Positions 1 to 12,109 of a stretch of 64,000 nt of DNA are shown piece after piece; the first letter of the stretch is position 1, and each line of letters begins with the position of its first letter. Below the pieces are notes generated by a model. That model saw only the letters and a program-made list of their open reading frames with translations. It did not search any database and was not told the DNA's origin. The position numbers and the translations under genes were made by a program. The stretch spans positions 114,709,488-114,773,487 of the forward strand of contig NC_068984.1 in NCBI RefSeq assembly GCF_001194135.2, written 5' to 3'. This stretch comes from Octopus bimaculoides (Eukaryota).

Positions 1-200
1 TGTATATACGTACGTGTGTATATACGTACGTGTGTATATACGTACGTGTGTATATACGTACGTGTGTATGTGTGTACGTGTGTATGTGTGTGTGTGTATA
101 TGTGTGTGTGTGTATATGTCTGTATATGTCTGTGTGTGTATGTATGTATGTGTGTATATATATGTGTGTGTGTATATATATGTGTGTATATATATATAAA
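1..200. repeat. Compound (TG)/(TA) microsatellite starting with 4 x TGTATATACGTACGTG
   Basis: Directly visible. Confidence 0.95.
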
Positions 201-513
201 TAAAATTAGAAAGTTGCCACAAATACAGATCTCAAAAATAATCACAGTGGTGGATTTGATTCACTAAAACCCTTGCAAGCAGTGCTCCAGCATGGTTACA
301 GTCTTATAACTGGTGACAGCAAATGATTGTGTGTAAGTATATTTGTGTTAGTGTGTGTGTGTGTGTGTGTGTATACATGCATAAGGAAAACCAGTATGAC
401 AAGTTTTTCTCCACTTTAAATGTACTAATATTAATTAGTTGCTTAAGAATTTGCTTTCCAGAGGTACCTGACTTGCTCTTCTCCTCTGTGATACTTTTAA
501 TTTAATTTTGTAG

Positions 514-662
514 GAGCCATTTGTTCAAGCTTGTGTAAACTTTCTGAAACGCCGTTTCCCAGCTGTGACAAGTGGTGCAGTTAAAGAAGAACATCAAACA
601 AAGAACAGACTGCCAACAGAGACTGTGCAAACTATGTTATCTTGTTTACAAAACTATGCAAA
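514..662 (+). CDS. CNOT1: CNOT1 exon (first visible; gene starts upstream of the window)
   Basis: tag|GAG...AA|gtaagc; EPFVQACVNFLKRRFP...ETVQTMLSCLQ resembles human EPFIQACMTFLKRRCP...ETLATMLACLQ. Confidence 0.93.
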
Positions 663-721
663 GTAAGCTACCTTGTATATTTGTTTAAGCTAGCTCTAAG
701 TGATGTTTTATATATATATAG

Positions 722-759
<38 letters not shown>

Positions 760-1052
760 CTATGTGTATTTTTAAAGTTTTCCTTAGAATTTTTGAGCTT
801 GGATAAGTAAAACATTAAAATGGTACACGACAAATTCTTACATGGTAACAATATGAATTATTGGTTGCTATCTTAGCATGTTTGCCATTTTTCATTAACG
901 TCTGTTGTCCATACTGGCATGGGTTGGACTGTGTGACTAGAGCTGGCGGGGGTGTATGATTGTAGTTTATTGTTTCACATGAAATTCTGCTTCAGGAAAT
1001 AGTTTTAATACTCAATTGCTGATATATACATTTTATATTTTGAAACTTTCAG

Positions 1053-1212
1053 CCAAGTCACATCACATGAATTATCTGAAGCCATCTTAACTATAGCTGC
1101 TAATGCTAATCAAATATTGAATAAACAACGGCAAATACCGCCTGGAGCTGTTGGAGCCAAACTTAATCAATCTGCTATTAATCCTGCTCAACCAAGTCCA
1201 GTTATTGTGAAT
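1053..1212 (+). CDS. CNOT1: CNOT1 exon
   Basis: cag|C...AAT|gtaagt, phase-compatible; QVTSHELSEAILTIAANANQILNKQRQIPPG resembles human [30 protein letters not shown]. Confidence 0.92.
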
Positions 1213-1930
1213 GTAAGTTGTATTTTTTTTTTTTTAGGAATTATGTTTTCTTTACTACATAAGCACAAGTATTGTAGCTGAATCTGCTGTTTTGTAACTG
1301 AAATTTTTGAAAAACTACAATATCACCTGGTGTTACTGTGCACTCTTGAGTTCAAATCCTGCTGAGGTCCTTTTTGAGTTTAAATCCTGTCATGGCCTAT
1401 TTGGGTGGTAGGTTTAATTTGTGTTATATATATATACATCATTTTATATTTCTTATGCTGTTGGATTAAAATTTTAATAGGACAAAGATATGTCTAGGAT
1501 AATTTTGTTTTGTTTTGAAGATTTGAAACAAATAATAAAAAGATTCTCTTGATGCATGTTACTTTCATTATTCTAAACAGTTTTTATAAGTTTTTCTTTA
1601 CCATGTTACTTTGCCAAAGGTTTGTTTCACAAATAGGAATGCAACCGGGGAAAAATATATTTTAGAAATCTGTCTGGTATCAATCCGGTCATTTGTTCAC
1701 ATCATGATTTTCTGTTTTAATTTTTGAAATCACAAAAACTAATGTCTTGTCTATTATATCAATGTGCTGACAATTAATTCCTGTGGTTAATAAAAACAAA
1801 AACTTTCATGTTTGGAAAGGAGATAGTAAAAGAAATTCAAACAAATGCTACTGGCCTCTGCACCCACTCACTTATGAAGGAAGGCTATTGGTGCATGCAC
1901 ACACTGCAAGTATTCATATGTATGTGTATA

Positions 1931-2131
1931 CTCTTTACTCTTTTACTTGTTTCAGTCATTTGACTGCGGCCATGCTGCAGCACCACCTTTTAGTCGAGCA
2001 AATCGACCCCAGGACTTATTCTTTGTAAGCCTGGTACTTATTCTATCGGTCTCTTTTGCCGAACTGCTAAGTTACGGGGACGTAAACACACCAGCATCGG
2101 TTGTCAAGCGATGTTGGGGGGACGAACACAA

Positions 2132-2164
<33 letters not shown>

Positions 2165-2322
2165 CGACGGGCTTCTTTTCAGTTTCTGTCTACCAAATCC
2201 ACTCACAAAGCTTTGGTCGACCCAAGGCTATAGTAGAAGACACTTGCCCAAGGTGCCACACAGTGGGACTGAACCCGGAACCGTGTGGTTAGTAAGCAAG
2301 CTACTTAGCACACAGCCACTCC
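1931..2322 (-). mobile_element. Abundant tRNA-like SINE with internal (CA)/(TA) tract
   Basis: ctaccaaatccactcacaaagctttggtcgacccaaggctatagtagaagacacttgcccaaggtgcc motif recurs many times in the window. Confidence 0.88.
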
Positions 2323-2467
2323 TTGCAAATGTCTGTAGTGTTAGTTTGACTCTCATTATTTAGTGATGATTTAACACCTGCATCTTAGGGTATGTCACTT
2401 GTGAACATTGCTCCAATCTACTCAGCTACAGAAATGAGTTTCAGCAATAGCTAGATTAATCCTAGTG

Positions 2468-2830
2468 GGGGTGTGTAGCTTAGTGGTTAGGGTATTTGGC
2501 CCATGATTGTCATGTTGTGAATCTGATTGCCAGCAGTACATTGTGTCCTTGAGCAGGACACTTTCATGTTGCTCCAGTCCACTCAACTGGCAAAAATGAG
2601 TTGTACCTGTAAATCAAAGGTCCAGCCTTGTCACATTTTGTGTCATTCATTTCACAAGCAGGCTGTTTTGTTGATTGGATCAATTGGAACACTTGTCTTC
2701 ATAACCAACGGAGTGACAGTTCTAGGAAATTAATCTTGTGATGGACTGATGACCTGTCCAAGATGGGTTGTTGTAATCTTAGTTGTGTAAACACATGGAA
2801 ACCAAGTTAACCTCCAACCTAATGGGTTCT
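2468..2830 (+). mobile_element. Mosaic SINE
   Basis: A-box-like head, tgtgtccttgagcaggacactt core, and a 3' module shared with the 19397/38820 family. Confidence 0.7.
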
Positions 2831-3153
2831 AGGGTTTATGGTGGACTTAAGTCTGTCAATATTGGAAATATGAAAGGCCATGTTTGAATGTGAATTTGGA
2901 ACTGAGGAACTAAATAATGTCATTGATTATGTTTTTATTGTTACCTTCAATTTTTTTTCTTTTTTCTTTTTTTGTATATAAAAATTTTTGTATATAGTAA
3001 TTCTGCAAAAACACCCTGATTTTCGAAAGCTGTCTCTGTTTCTTGTTGCAAGATTGTTTGTATATGTCTGCATCTCCCACATATACAGTAATTTTGCATT
3101 TATCATCATGCAAACTTTAGGTATCAAAGCAGCTTACACACTTTCTTTTCTAG

Positions 3154-3361
3154 ATGGCTCCCCTTCCTAACATGAATGCTTTGGATATGGGTACCCCGGC
3201 AGTGAGTGGAACGTTCCCACAAAGTTTGGCTACCCTGAGTTCTGCTGCTGCAGCTGCTGTAGCTACTGGTGCACCTGGTTCACCTGCAAAAGGATTTCCT
3301 GGAATAAACCAAGTCCCAGCTGGTTATGGGTCTATTCAGAATTTAACTACACAATTACAAA
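3154..3361 (+). CDS. CNOT1: CNOT1 exon, low-complexity linker
   Basis: tag|ATG...A|gtaatt; MAPLPNMNALD...PGSPAKGFPG (human PQSPAKAFPP); phase 0 to 1. Confidence 0.85.
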
Positions 3362-3569
3362 GTAATTTTTTCTTTTAATGATTTTTATCTTTCAGAAGTT
3401 TGCTTAGTTTATTTGGTGCTTTTTAAAAAATATTCTTTGAAATTGTCTTTTTCTTTACTGGTAGTTTGATTGGGAGTGGGCTGAAGGAAAGAGAGTATAA
3501 AGATTTAAAGATTCCCAAACTTTGTAGTACTGAAGATTAAAAAAATTTTTTTTTTTAGTTATTCTAAAA

Positions 3570-3885
3570 CAATGGTTCTCAACTGAGGCCCATATGACCC
3601 CAGGTGGTCCAGGTAAGATTTTGGGGTGGGGTGGGGGGCACACAAGCAAAATAGTAAATTGGGGATCCACACAGAAGTATTTCAAGGGTCCATGACAAAA
3701 TTTTGATTTAGATGTATTTATTACAAGAAACCTTTTACATAGTTCAACCTACAGAAATTATTGTGTGAAAAACTAAACAGGAATTTTGAAAGTACCTATA
3801 AAACTAGCTTTTCAACTCCAAACGGCTATGGGGTCCATCAGTAAAATAGTAATCAAGGGGGTACATAGGTAAAAAAATGGTCGAT
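3570..3885. mobile_element. hAT-like MITE remnant
   Basis: Left end caatggttctcaac resembles a CAGTGGTTCTCAAC-type TIR; right TIR degraded. Confidence 0.5.
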
Positions 3886-4192
3886 TAAATCAAGGCATAT
3901 CTACTAAATACTAGATTAAGTATTTTAATAGTATTTTGTTTCTAGAAATAAATCTTGCAAAAATGGTGTCCATTTACTTTTGAGATGTGTGTGTGTATAT
4001 ATATAGTGAGAATTTACAAAAAAAAACAAAGGACAAAGACGTGTGTGTAAACAACAAATAGATCTGTTAGTTTAACGCTCAGGAAGTGAGAAAGTATTTT
4101 ACATTTCAAGCCTTCGCTCTTTGACAGAAAGGAACACACAAATAAACAGGGAGAGAAAATAAAAAAGGTTTAGTGGCTAGCGATCTATCATG

Positions 4193-4237
<45 letters not shown>

Positions 4238-4514
4238 ATGTGGTCTTGTCTTGATATCAGATGAGGATTACAAATGAGCATCACTGCCATTTACAATCAT
4301 GGGGAAATATTACCTTGCTTGGAAACAGGAAGGATATGCAACCATAAAAATTATCTGCCTTTACAAATTCTGTCTGACCCTTGCAAGCATGGAAAGAGAG
4401 ATGGTAATCATTGATGATAATGATGATGAATGTACAGCAGTATTTTGCTTTTGTGCTGTGTTCCTCGCAGTTTTAGTCTTTTGAATTAATATATATGATA
4501 TTGATATTCACTGC

Positions 4515-5130
4515 CATTTGTTTTTAACATCCACTTTTCAATGCTTGCATGGGTTGGACAGAATTTGTTGAGGTAGATTTTCTGTGGTTGGATGCCCTTG
4601 TCACCAACCCTCACCTGTTTCCAAGCAAAGTAATATTTCTCCATGGCCAGACATATTTTCATGGAAGATTGGAAATGAATGACACTGCATGTGTGATAGC
4701 ACTTAACTATCTTGTGAAATCAAGTAATATCCATGTACACGTGTGCACATACACACGTAGACACCTTTCATCTTGTTTCAGCCATGCTGGGGCACCTCCT
4801 TGAAGAGTTTTTGTAAATGAATTGTCTCCAGTACTTATTTCTTGTTAAGCTTGGTACTTATTCTGTCAGTATCTTTTGCCGAACTGCTAAGTTAAGGGGA
4901 TGTAAACACACCAGCACCAGTTGTCTGGTGGTGGTGGTGGACAATCACTAACATAAAGACACACACATATATAGATATATATAAGACGGGCTACTTTCAG
5001 TTTCTATCTACCAAATCCACTGAGAAGACTTTGGTCAGCCTAAGGCTATAGAAGACACTTGTCTAAGTGCCATGCAGTGGGACTGGACCTGAAACATGCC
5101 ATGAAGCAAACTTCTCACCACACAACCATT
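4515..5130 (-). mobile_element. SINE cluster (LINE-tail type plus abundant family)
   Basis: Similarity to 1931-2322 and to LINE-tail SINEs. Confidence 0.8.
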
Positions 5131-5459
5131 ATACTTAGATTCTTATTAAAATCATTTTATATTTCTAATGATACTACCTGATTGGAACCTTGGCAATCTT
5201 TGTGCCATAATGTCCATCTAGCTAGATTACGAAAGTTGCCAAAAAAAAAAAAAATTTTTTTTTTTTTAGTCTGTTTTAGAGTTTAGTGTATTATATCAGC
5301 TAAAACTGATTTATAATTGGATATCTTCCTATAAAAAAGGACATTTTTTATGGTTTGTGAGTTTATTTCTAAACGAATGTTGCAGCAACGTCATTTCTAA
5401 TATAGTTTACATCCTTGATTTTCAATATTTCAAATATTATTTTTGAAACTTTTTCTTAG

Positions 5460-5576
5460 ATTTAAACTTACAAGCTCCATTGATGACTAGCCGAAATGCT
5501 GTCTATTCTCTTGGATCACTGGGTGCACAAGCGACTCTAAAACAACAACCACCATCAAATATAGATAATAAAATGG
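5460..5576 (+). CDS. CNOT1: CNOT1 exon, low-complexity linker (symmetric phase 1-1)
   Basis: ttcttag|AT...G|gtatga; open frame NLNLQAPLMTSRNAVYSLGSLGAQATLKQQPPSNIDNKM; phases fit both neighbours; weak homology. Confidence 0.72.
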
Positions 5577-6136
5577 GTATGACTTGTTTTNNNNNNNNNN
5601 NNNNNNNNNNNNNNNNNNNNNNNNNNNNNNNNNNNNNNNNNNNNNNNNNNNNNNNNNNNNNNNNNNNNNNNNNNNNNNNNNNNNNNNNNNNNNNNNNNNN
5701 NNNNNNNNNNNNNNNNNNNNNNNNNNNNNNNNNNNNNNNNNNNNNNNNNNNNNNNNNNNNNNNNNNNNNNNNNNNNNNNNNNNNNNNNNNNNNNNNNNNN
5801 NNNNNNNNNNNNNNNNNNNNNNNNNNNNNNNNNNNNNNNNNNNNNNNNNNNNNNNNNNNNNNNNNNNNNNNNNNNNNNNNNNNNNNNNNNNNNNNNNNNN
5901 NNNNNNNNNNNNNNNNNNNNNNNNNNNNNNNNNNNNNNNNNNNNNNNNNNNNNNNNNNNNNNNNNNNNNNNNNNNNNNNNNNNNNNNNNNNNNNNNNNNN
6001 NNNNNNNNNNNNNNNNNNNNNNNNNNNNNNNNNNNNNNNNNNNNNNNNNNNNNNNNNNNNNNNNNNNNNNNNNTTGTTGTGCTAATCTTTGTGTGCTAAG
6101 TTGATTTTTTTTTTTCTTCTTTTCTCCTGTTCATAG

Positions 6137-6309
6137 GCGAACTCAACATATTTCCTGAGAGTAGTCAACAATTCAGTAAAGATGTTGAAGATGAAGCGAA
6201 TTCCTATTTTCAGAAGATTTACAATCAACCACCCCATCAAGCCTTGTCTATCGACGAAGTGCTTGAGATGTTAAAAAGATTCAGGGAGTCCCAAAATAAA
6301 AGAGAGCGG
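6137..6309 (+). CDS. CNOT1: CNOT1 exon (start of TTP-binding HEAT domain)
   Basis: [46 protein letters not shown]; AG/GT flanks. Confidence 0.97.
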
Positions 6310-7195
6310 GTAAAGTATTTGTATATAAGATAATTATTATTTGTGATGCAAACTGCAGTAATATTTTCCATTCTAGTTTCCTGGTGTCCTCCAATATATA
6401 TGCCATCCTGATATAACTTACATTTTAAGTGTGCAGATTTTCATGAGCAAATCCTGTCACAATAGTTAGCAAAGTTGGATAAAGTAACAAGTAGTAGCCA
6501 AAGTCTTCTGTACAATACTGCACAATTGTTATTTGTTAATGTTAGGCCAATGTCTGTAACGTTAGCCTAACTTATATTTTAATCAGTGCCTCCGATCCAG
6601 ACAAATTTCTTCTTTACAATTTCTTGTGTACTCTTGGGGAGGTGTACACTTTTCTTATCTGAATAAAATGCTCAGAAGTTGTAGGTCAGCCTTTACTTGA
6701 TTTCATAATTATAAATTTTATCCTTCTGACTAATTTCCATGAAATCTCATGTGTGACATTTGTATGCTTTGTCTGTGATAGATTCATTAAAATTGCTGTC
6801 TTATTGACCCATTCCTATTTTTAGTTTGTTTGTTTTTTTTTTTAACTTTAAATACTTAGTTATGTATTTCACTTGATGTTATGTATTAAATACTTAATGT
6901 TACATATTTCACTTTTACTCTTGTTTGAATACTGATACATTGTTTTTCCCCAAGCCTAGGGAAGCTGTTAACACTCAAGATTTTGTCACTAGAGTTCTTT
7001 CTCTTATAGATTACCTATATTCACAACATATTAGTTACTATAAGTAGCTATGGGCTTAATATGCTAAAATGTTTAGACATTTCTTGTAATATGCGATCTT
7101 TTGATAGCCTTTCAGTCAGTCCATTTTGTTTGTATTTATTGTAAAGCTTTTTAAAAAATTTTTTATCATGAAATTTTTTTTCTTTTAATTTGTAG

Positions 7196-7320
7196 GAAGT
7201 ATGTCAATGTATGCTGCGAAATCTATTTGAAGAATATTGCTTTTTCCCTCAATATCCAGAAAGGGAGCTTCACATCACAGCCGTCCTCTTTGGTGGGATC
7301 ATTGAACAGGGATTAGTCAC
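7196..7320 (+). CDS. CNOT1: CNOT1 exon
   Basis: [42 protein letters not shown]; AG/GT flanks. Confidence 0.97.
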
Positions 7321-7423
7321 GTAAGTTGACGAAATCTTTGTATATTGTATACAGCTTGTTTTATTTTATTTTTTAAAAATTTGTTTTGCAAGCCTTCTTT
7401 TGAAATTATTAAAATTTTTTCAG

Positions 7424-7534
7424 CTATATGTCCCTTGGAATAGCATTACGATATGTATTAGAAGCACTTCGGAAACCACATGCAAGTAAGATGTATTTTT
7501 TTGGGATTGCAGCTTTAGACAAGTTCAAAACTCG
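7424..7534 (+). CDS. CNOT1: CNOT1 exon
   Basis: [37 protein letters not shown]. Confidence 0.97.
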
Positions 7535-7688
7535 GTAGGTGGCTATTTACATTTGGTTTATTACTAATTTTTACTCTTGAAATATTTTCCTATATCTTCA
7601 CATATTTTATTTACGTAATCCAGTTTACTCAATATTTTCTGACTGAATGATGTGATATTTTGTATCTTTTTTTAACCTATTCTTTCAG

Positions 7689-7767
7689 ATTAAAAGATTA
7701 TCCTCAATATTGTCAGCATGTAGCCGCTATACCTCATTTCTCTCAGTTCCCGCAGCATCTAATTGAT
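7689..7767 (+). CDS. CNOT1: CNOT1 exon
   Basis: [26 protein letters not shown]. Confidence 0.97.
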
Positions 7768-7827
7768 GTAAATATTTCACCATAATTTTATTGTTTAAAA
7801 AATCTAATTTTTTTTTTTCTCTCCTTG

Positions 7828-8185
7828 CATCATCATCATCATCATCGTTTAACGTCCGCTTTCCATGCTAGCATGGGTTGGACGATTTGACTGAGGACTG
7901 GTGAACCAGATGGCTACACCAGGCTCCAATCTGATTTGGCGGTGTTTCTACAGCTGGATGCCCTTCCTAATACCAACCACTCCGAGAGTGTAGTGGGTGC
8001 TTTTACGTGCCACCGGCATGAAGGCCAGTCAGGCGGTACTGGCAACGGCCACGCTCAAAATGGTGTATTTTACATGCCACCTGCACAGGAGCCAGTCCAG
8101 CGGCACTGGCAACGATCTCGCTCAAAAGTCTTTACACGTGCCACCGGCACATGTGCCAGAAAGGTGACGCTGGGCACAGGTGCCT
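7828..8185 (-). mobile_element. RTE-LINE 3' UTR copy
   Basis: (CAT)n then cgtttaacgtccgctttccatgctagcatgggttggacg, the reverse complement of the 26160-26225 tail. Confidence 0.88.
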
Positions 8186-9195
8186 GTAATATTTCAAGCA
8201 TTTCCCTGGATAGATTGTGCTGGTGTTTAGAAGTTTTAAACAGTTTTCGTTATTGCTATGTTTAAACTACTGATAATTGTTGCATCAATATTATTGCCTG
8301 GATGGATCACTGACCCATGCCATCACTGCTTTTAACCTACTCTTTCACCATTACCACTTTGTCTCTCCCTTTTCCTTTACACTAATCCCTAACCTCTCTC
8401 TATCCCTTCCCTTCTCCCCTATCTCCTTTGTTACTCCCACCCCATCCTTGTTCCGTCTCTTCTCTTTATTTCCATTCTCTCTATCTTGGAGACTCTTCTA
8501 CTCTGGGCTTCAAGGCAACTCCACCTGTGTTGGTACCGCAAAAGTGCCCAGTACACTCTTTAGGTGGTTAGTAATTGATTGAAGCAGCAACAACGCACAG
8601 CTTTAGAGGGTTCTTTAGTCTTGTTGATGGCGAAGGCAATCTCTGTAGTGCTGGTCTCATGAAAAAAATGCGAGTACACCATGCAGAGTGGTTGACATTA
8701 AGAAGTGTGTCTGGCTGTAGAAGCCATGTCAAAAATGGGACATTGGAACATGACAGGTCCTCTGACCCATTGGATCCTGTTGAACTTTTCAACTCCTGCT
8801 AGCATGAAGAATGGACATAATGTTGATGAAAGTGGAAGGTTTTCTGTTTATTCCAACTTGGACCTCAGTTAACCTTCCTTAACTATCGACCTCCCCACCA
8901 TTTATTTTTTAATAACTAATTGGGTATACAATTGAATGTAATCTATAACAAAATAATTTTTAAATTATAAACTTAGAAATTAAAAGTTAAAACTCTATGA
9001 TTGTTTTACAGTGTTTGTTTTCTAGTATAAAATTGAATTGAATTTTTGAAAGTATGTTTTAAAAAGTATATCTTATTTCAGTTTTATTACAATGTCAGTA
9101 TAAAAGTTATACTTTAGCAAACCTTTGAATGAAAAATCTGTTTTACATCTCTTATTTAAAAACTGTTAATTTAACATAATCGTTTTATTTTTCAG

Positions 9196-9420
9196 TTTGT
9201 GGAGTATGGAGCTACATCTCAAGAACCACCATCACATTCTCAGACCACTCAAAATCTTACGGGAGCAGGTATGGCTATTGTTCCTGCACAAGTGCCTGTT
9301 ACCACTGTACCTAGCGTTCCAAAGAGCTTGCAGCCGTTATCTATTCCTTCCACAACTGCACCATCAGTTTCAAATGCTATCAATTCAAATGCGATCAGTA
9401 AACCTGGGACCATACCAAAA
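9196..9420 (+). CDS. CNOT1: CNOT1 exon
   Basis: cag|TTT...AAA|gtaagt; FVEYGATSQEPP (human YIEYGQQSRDPP) followed by an S/T/P-rich linker. Confidence 0.93.
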
Positions 9421-9454
9421 GTAAGTTATTTTCCTGACATTTCTTTGTATTTCT

Positions 9455-9810
9455 TGTTTTAGTCATTGGTCTGCAGCCATGCAGGGGCATGGCATTGAAT
9501 GGTTTAGTCAAACAGATTGACCCAACACTTATTTTTAAAATTTGGTATTCTGTCTCTGTTGTCAAATCATTGAGTATAGAGACATAAACAAACTAACACT
9601 GGTTGTCCGGTAGTGTGGAAGGACAAACAGAAAACACATACATACATACACATGGTTGGCTGTCACATGGTTTCCCTCTGCCAAATCCACTCATAAGGCT
9701 TTGGTCAGCCTGGAACTATAATAGACACTTACCCAGGGTGCTGCACAAAGGAACTGAACCTAAGACCTTGTTCAGAATCAAGCTTCTTATCCACATAACC
9801 ATATCTGTGC
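9455..9810 (-). mobile_element. SINE
   Basis: Same family as 1931-2322. Confidence 0.8.
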
Positions 9811-10164
9811 CTTTAGATTCAGTAGTTAATGGTTAGGTCTGTGTTTAAGTTTATAGATGTCCCTAAGATTTACAAGCAATCTCTTTATATTAATTTCTCT
9901 TAAAGAAATACTTCTTTGAAGCCATAATTCTCTCATGGAAATAGAGGTAGAGATAGGGAATCAGGTTTGCAGTGATTATTTCGGCAACACCTCAAAATAT
10001 TTTACTAGTGTAGGTATGACTCAGAAAGAGTTGAGTGCTGTATGTTGTAATTAAATTGAAATCTCACCATGTTATGTACTGCTGTGTACATGTCTTTATC
10101 TGTAAGACCACCAAAATATCCTCTTCATTGTGTTGGTGGTCTTGTTGGTAAAGACTTGTTGATG

Positions 10165-10575
10165 GGCATGACAGCATGGTCAAGAAGTTTGCTTTACAAG
10201 CACATAGTTTTGTGTTCAATCCCACTGCATGGCACCTTGGGCAAGTGTCTTCTATTATAGCCCCAAGCCACCCAAAGCTTTGCGAGTGGAGTTGGTAGTG
10301 GGACCTGAAAGTAGCTAATTACTTGTGTGTGGGTGTGTTTGTATCACCTTGTCTTGGCATTGCCCGATAATTGTAAATGGGGGTCACTGTCATACAAGTA
10401 GTGTCATTCTTTTTAATATTCTGCAAAAAACATGCCCGGCCATGGGGGAAATATTGCATTACTTGGTAACAAGTGAGGGTTAGCAATGGGAAGGGCATCC
10501 GGCTAAAGAAGTTCTGTTTTGATAAACTCCATGTGACCCTTATAAGCATGGGAAGATGGATGTTGAAATGATGAA
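10165..10575 (+). mobile_element. SINE with LINE-derived 3' tail
   Basis: Head ...cccactgcatggcaccttgggcaagtgtcttctattatagcc; tail ggaagggcatcc...gcatgggaagatggatgttgaaatgatga. Confidence 0.82.
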
Positions 10576-10690
10576 ATTTAAAACTCCCAAATAAATTTTA
10601 TAGTACAGATTTTTAATATATTGTACACATCAAAATGGAATTTTAATTAAAATAGTGTTTGATTATAAGATGTAATTTAACCTTTTGTAG

Positions 10691-10831
10691 CCTTCCATTG
10701 CTAACGCCACCAACATCGACACACTGATTGCTGGACAACAGAAAGAAGAAATTGCTATTCCACCTGAGACGTTTCAAGATAAAGTATTTTTCATATTCAA
10801 TAATCTTTCCATGTCGAATATGGTCCAAAAG
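10691..10831 (+). CDS. CNOT1: CNOT1 exon (start of MIF4G domain); 3' end abuts an N-gap
   Basis: [15 protein letters not shown]...[24 protein letters not shown]; donor not visible (gap starts at 10833). Confidence 0.92.
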
Positions 10832-10832
10832 G

Positions 10833-11541
10833 NNNNNNNNNNNNNNNNNNNNNNNNNNNNNNNNNNNNNNNNNNNNNNNNNNNNNNNNNNNNNNNNNNNN
10901 NNNNNNNNNNNNNNNNNNNNNNNNNNNNNNNNNNNNNNNNNNNNNNNNNNNNNNNNNNNNNNNNNNNNNNNNNNNNNNNNNNNNNNNNNNNNNNNNNNNN
11001 NNNNNNNNNNNNNNNNNNNNNNNNNNNNNNNNNNNNNNNNNNNNNNNNNNNNNNNNNNNNNNNNNNNNNNNNNNNNNNNNNNNNNNNNNNNNNNNNNNNN
11101 NNNNNNNNNNNNNNNNNNNNNNNNNNNNNNNNNNNNNNNNNNNNNNNNNNNNNNNNNNNNNNNNNNNNNNNNNNNNNNNNNNNNNNNNNNNNNNNNNNNN
11201 NNNNNNNNNNNNNNNNNNNNNNNNNNNNNNNNNNNNNNNNNNNNNNNNNNNNNNNNNNNNNNNNNNNNNNNNNNNNNNNNNNNNNNNNNNNNNNNNNNNN
11301 NNNNNNNNNNNNNNNNNNNNNNNNNNNNNNNNNNNNNNNNNNNNNNNNNNNNNNNNNNNNNNNNNNNNNNNNNNNNNNNNNNNNNNNNNNNNNNNNNNNN
11401 NNNNNNNNNNNNNNNNNNNNNNNNNNNNNNNNNNNNNNNNNNNNNNNNNNNNNNNNNNNNNNNNNNNNNNNNNNNNNNNNNNNNNNNNNNNNNNNNNNNN
11501 NNNNNNNNNNNNNNNNNNNNNNNNNNNNNNNNNNNNNNNNN
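10833..11541. other. Assembly gap, expected to hide CNOT1 MIF4G coding sequence
   Basis: N run; about 60 conserved residues are missing between the flanking exons. Confidence 0.9.
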
Positions 11542-11698
11542 GCCATAGAGCAAGTATGTACCTTGGATTGCTATGTATATAGTTATGAAGAGAGCCATTC
11601 TTTTAATTCAAAAAAAATTTTGAAATGAAATCTCAAGCTGAATGAGAACTATTGCAAATATTGTATTTTATTTTTATGGAATAAACTTCTAATTGTAG

Positions 11699-11815
11699 GT
11701 ACTATTGCGAAGTGATAAAGGAGTGGCAAACTTTTCTGATAGATCTCTCTTGAAGAATTTGGGACATTGGCTAGGAATGCTTACTTTGGCAAAAAACAAG
11801 CCCATTTTACAGATT
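11699..11815 (+). CDS. CNOT1: CNOT1 exon (MIF4G)
   Basis: [39 protein letters not shown]. Confidence 0.97.
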
Positions 11816-11928
11816 GTACGTATTCAACATAATTTTTTTTTTTTTTTTGATATTTTTATGAACAAGGTAAAATAGAATGATTATTTGTTAAATTGGTTAA
11901 TAAATCAATTTTGTTTTTTTTATTTTAG

Positions 11929-12039
11929 GATATTGATTTGAAAGCTCTACTTTATGAAGCTTATAATAAGGGAGCGCAAGAGCTACTCTATGTTGTCCCA
12001 TTTACTGCCAAAGTCCTGCAGTCTTGTGCCAAAAGCAAG
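11929..12039 (+). CDS. CNOT1: CNOT1 exon (MIF4G)
   Basis: [37 protein letters not shown]. Confidence 0.97.
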
Positions 12040-12109
12040 GTATGTAGTTTTGAACCGACTCAATCGGTCTTCTTAATTATGTAAATTATTATAAGCTTGA
12101 GTTATATTT

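Noticed and set aside
14-505. ORFs rich in CV/YI/HT dipeptides (also at 14021, 15200, 33637 and 60766)
   Set aside because: Translations of (TG)/(CA)/(TA) microsatellites
3623-3638. G-quadruplex (also 21838-21853)
   Set aside because: Only three separate G-runs
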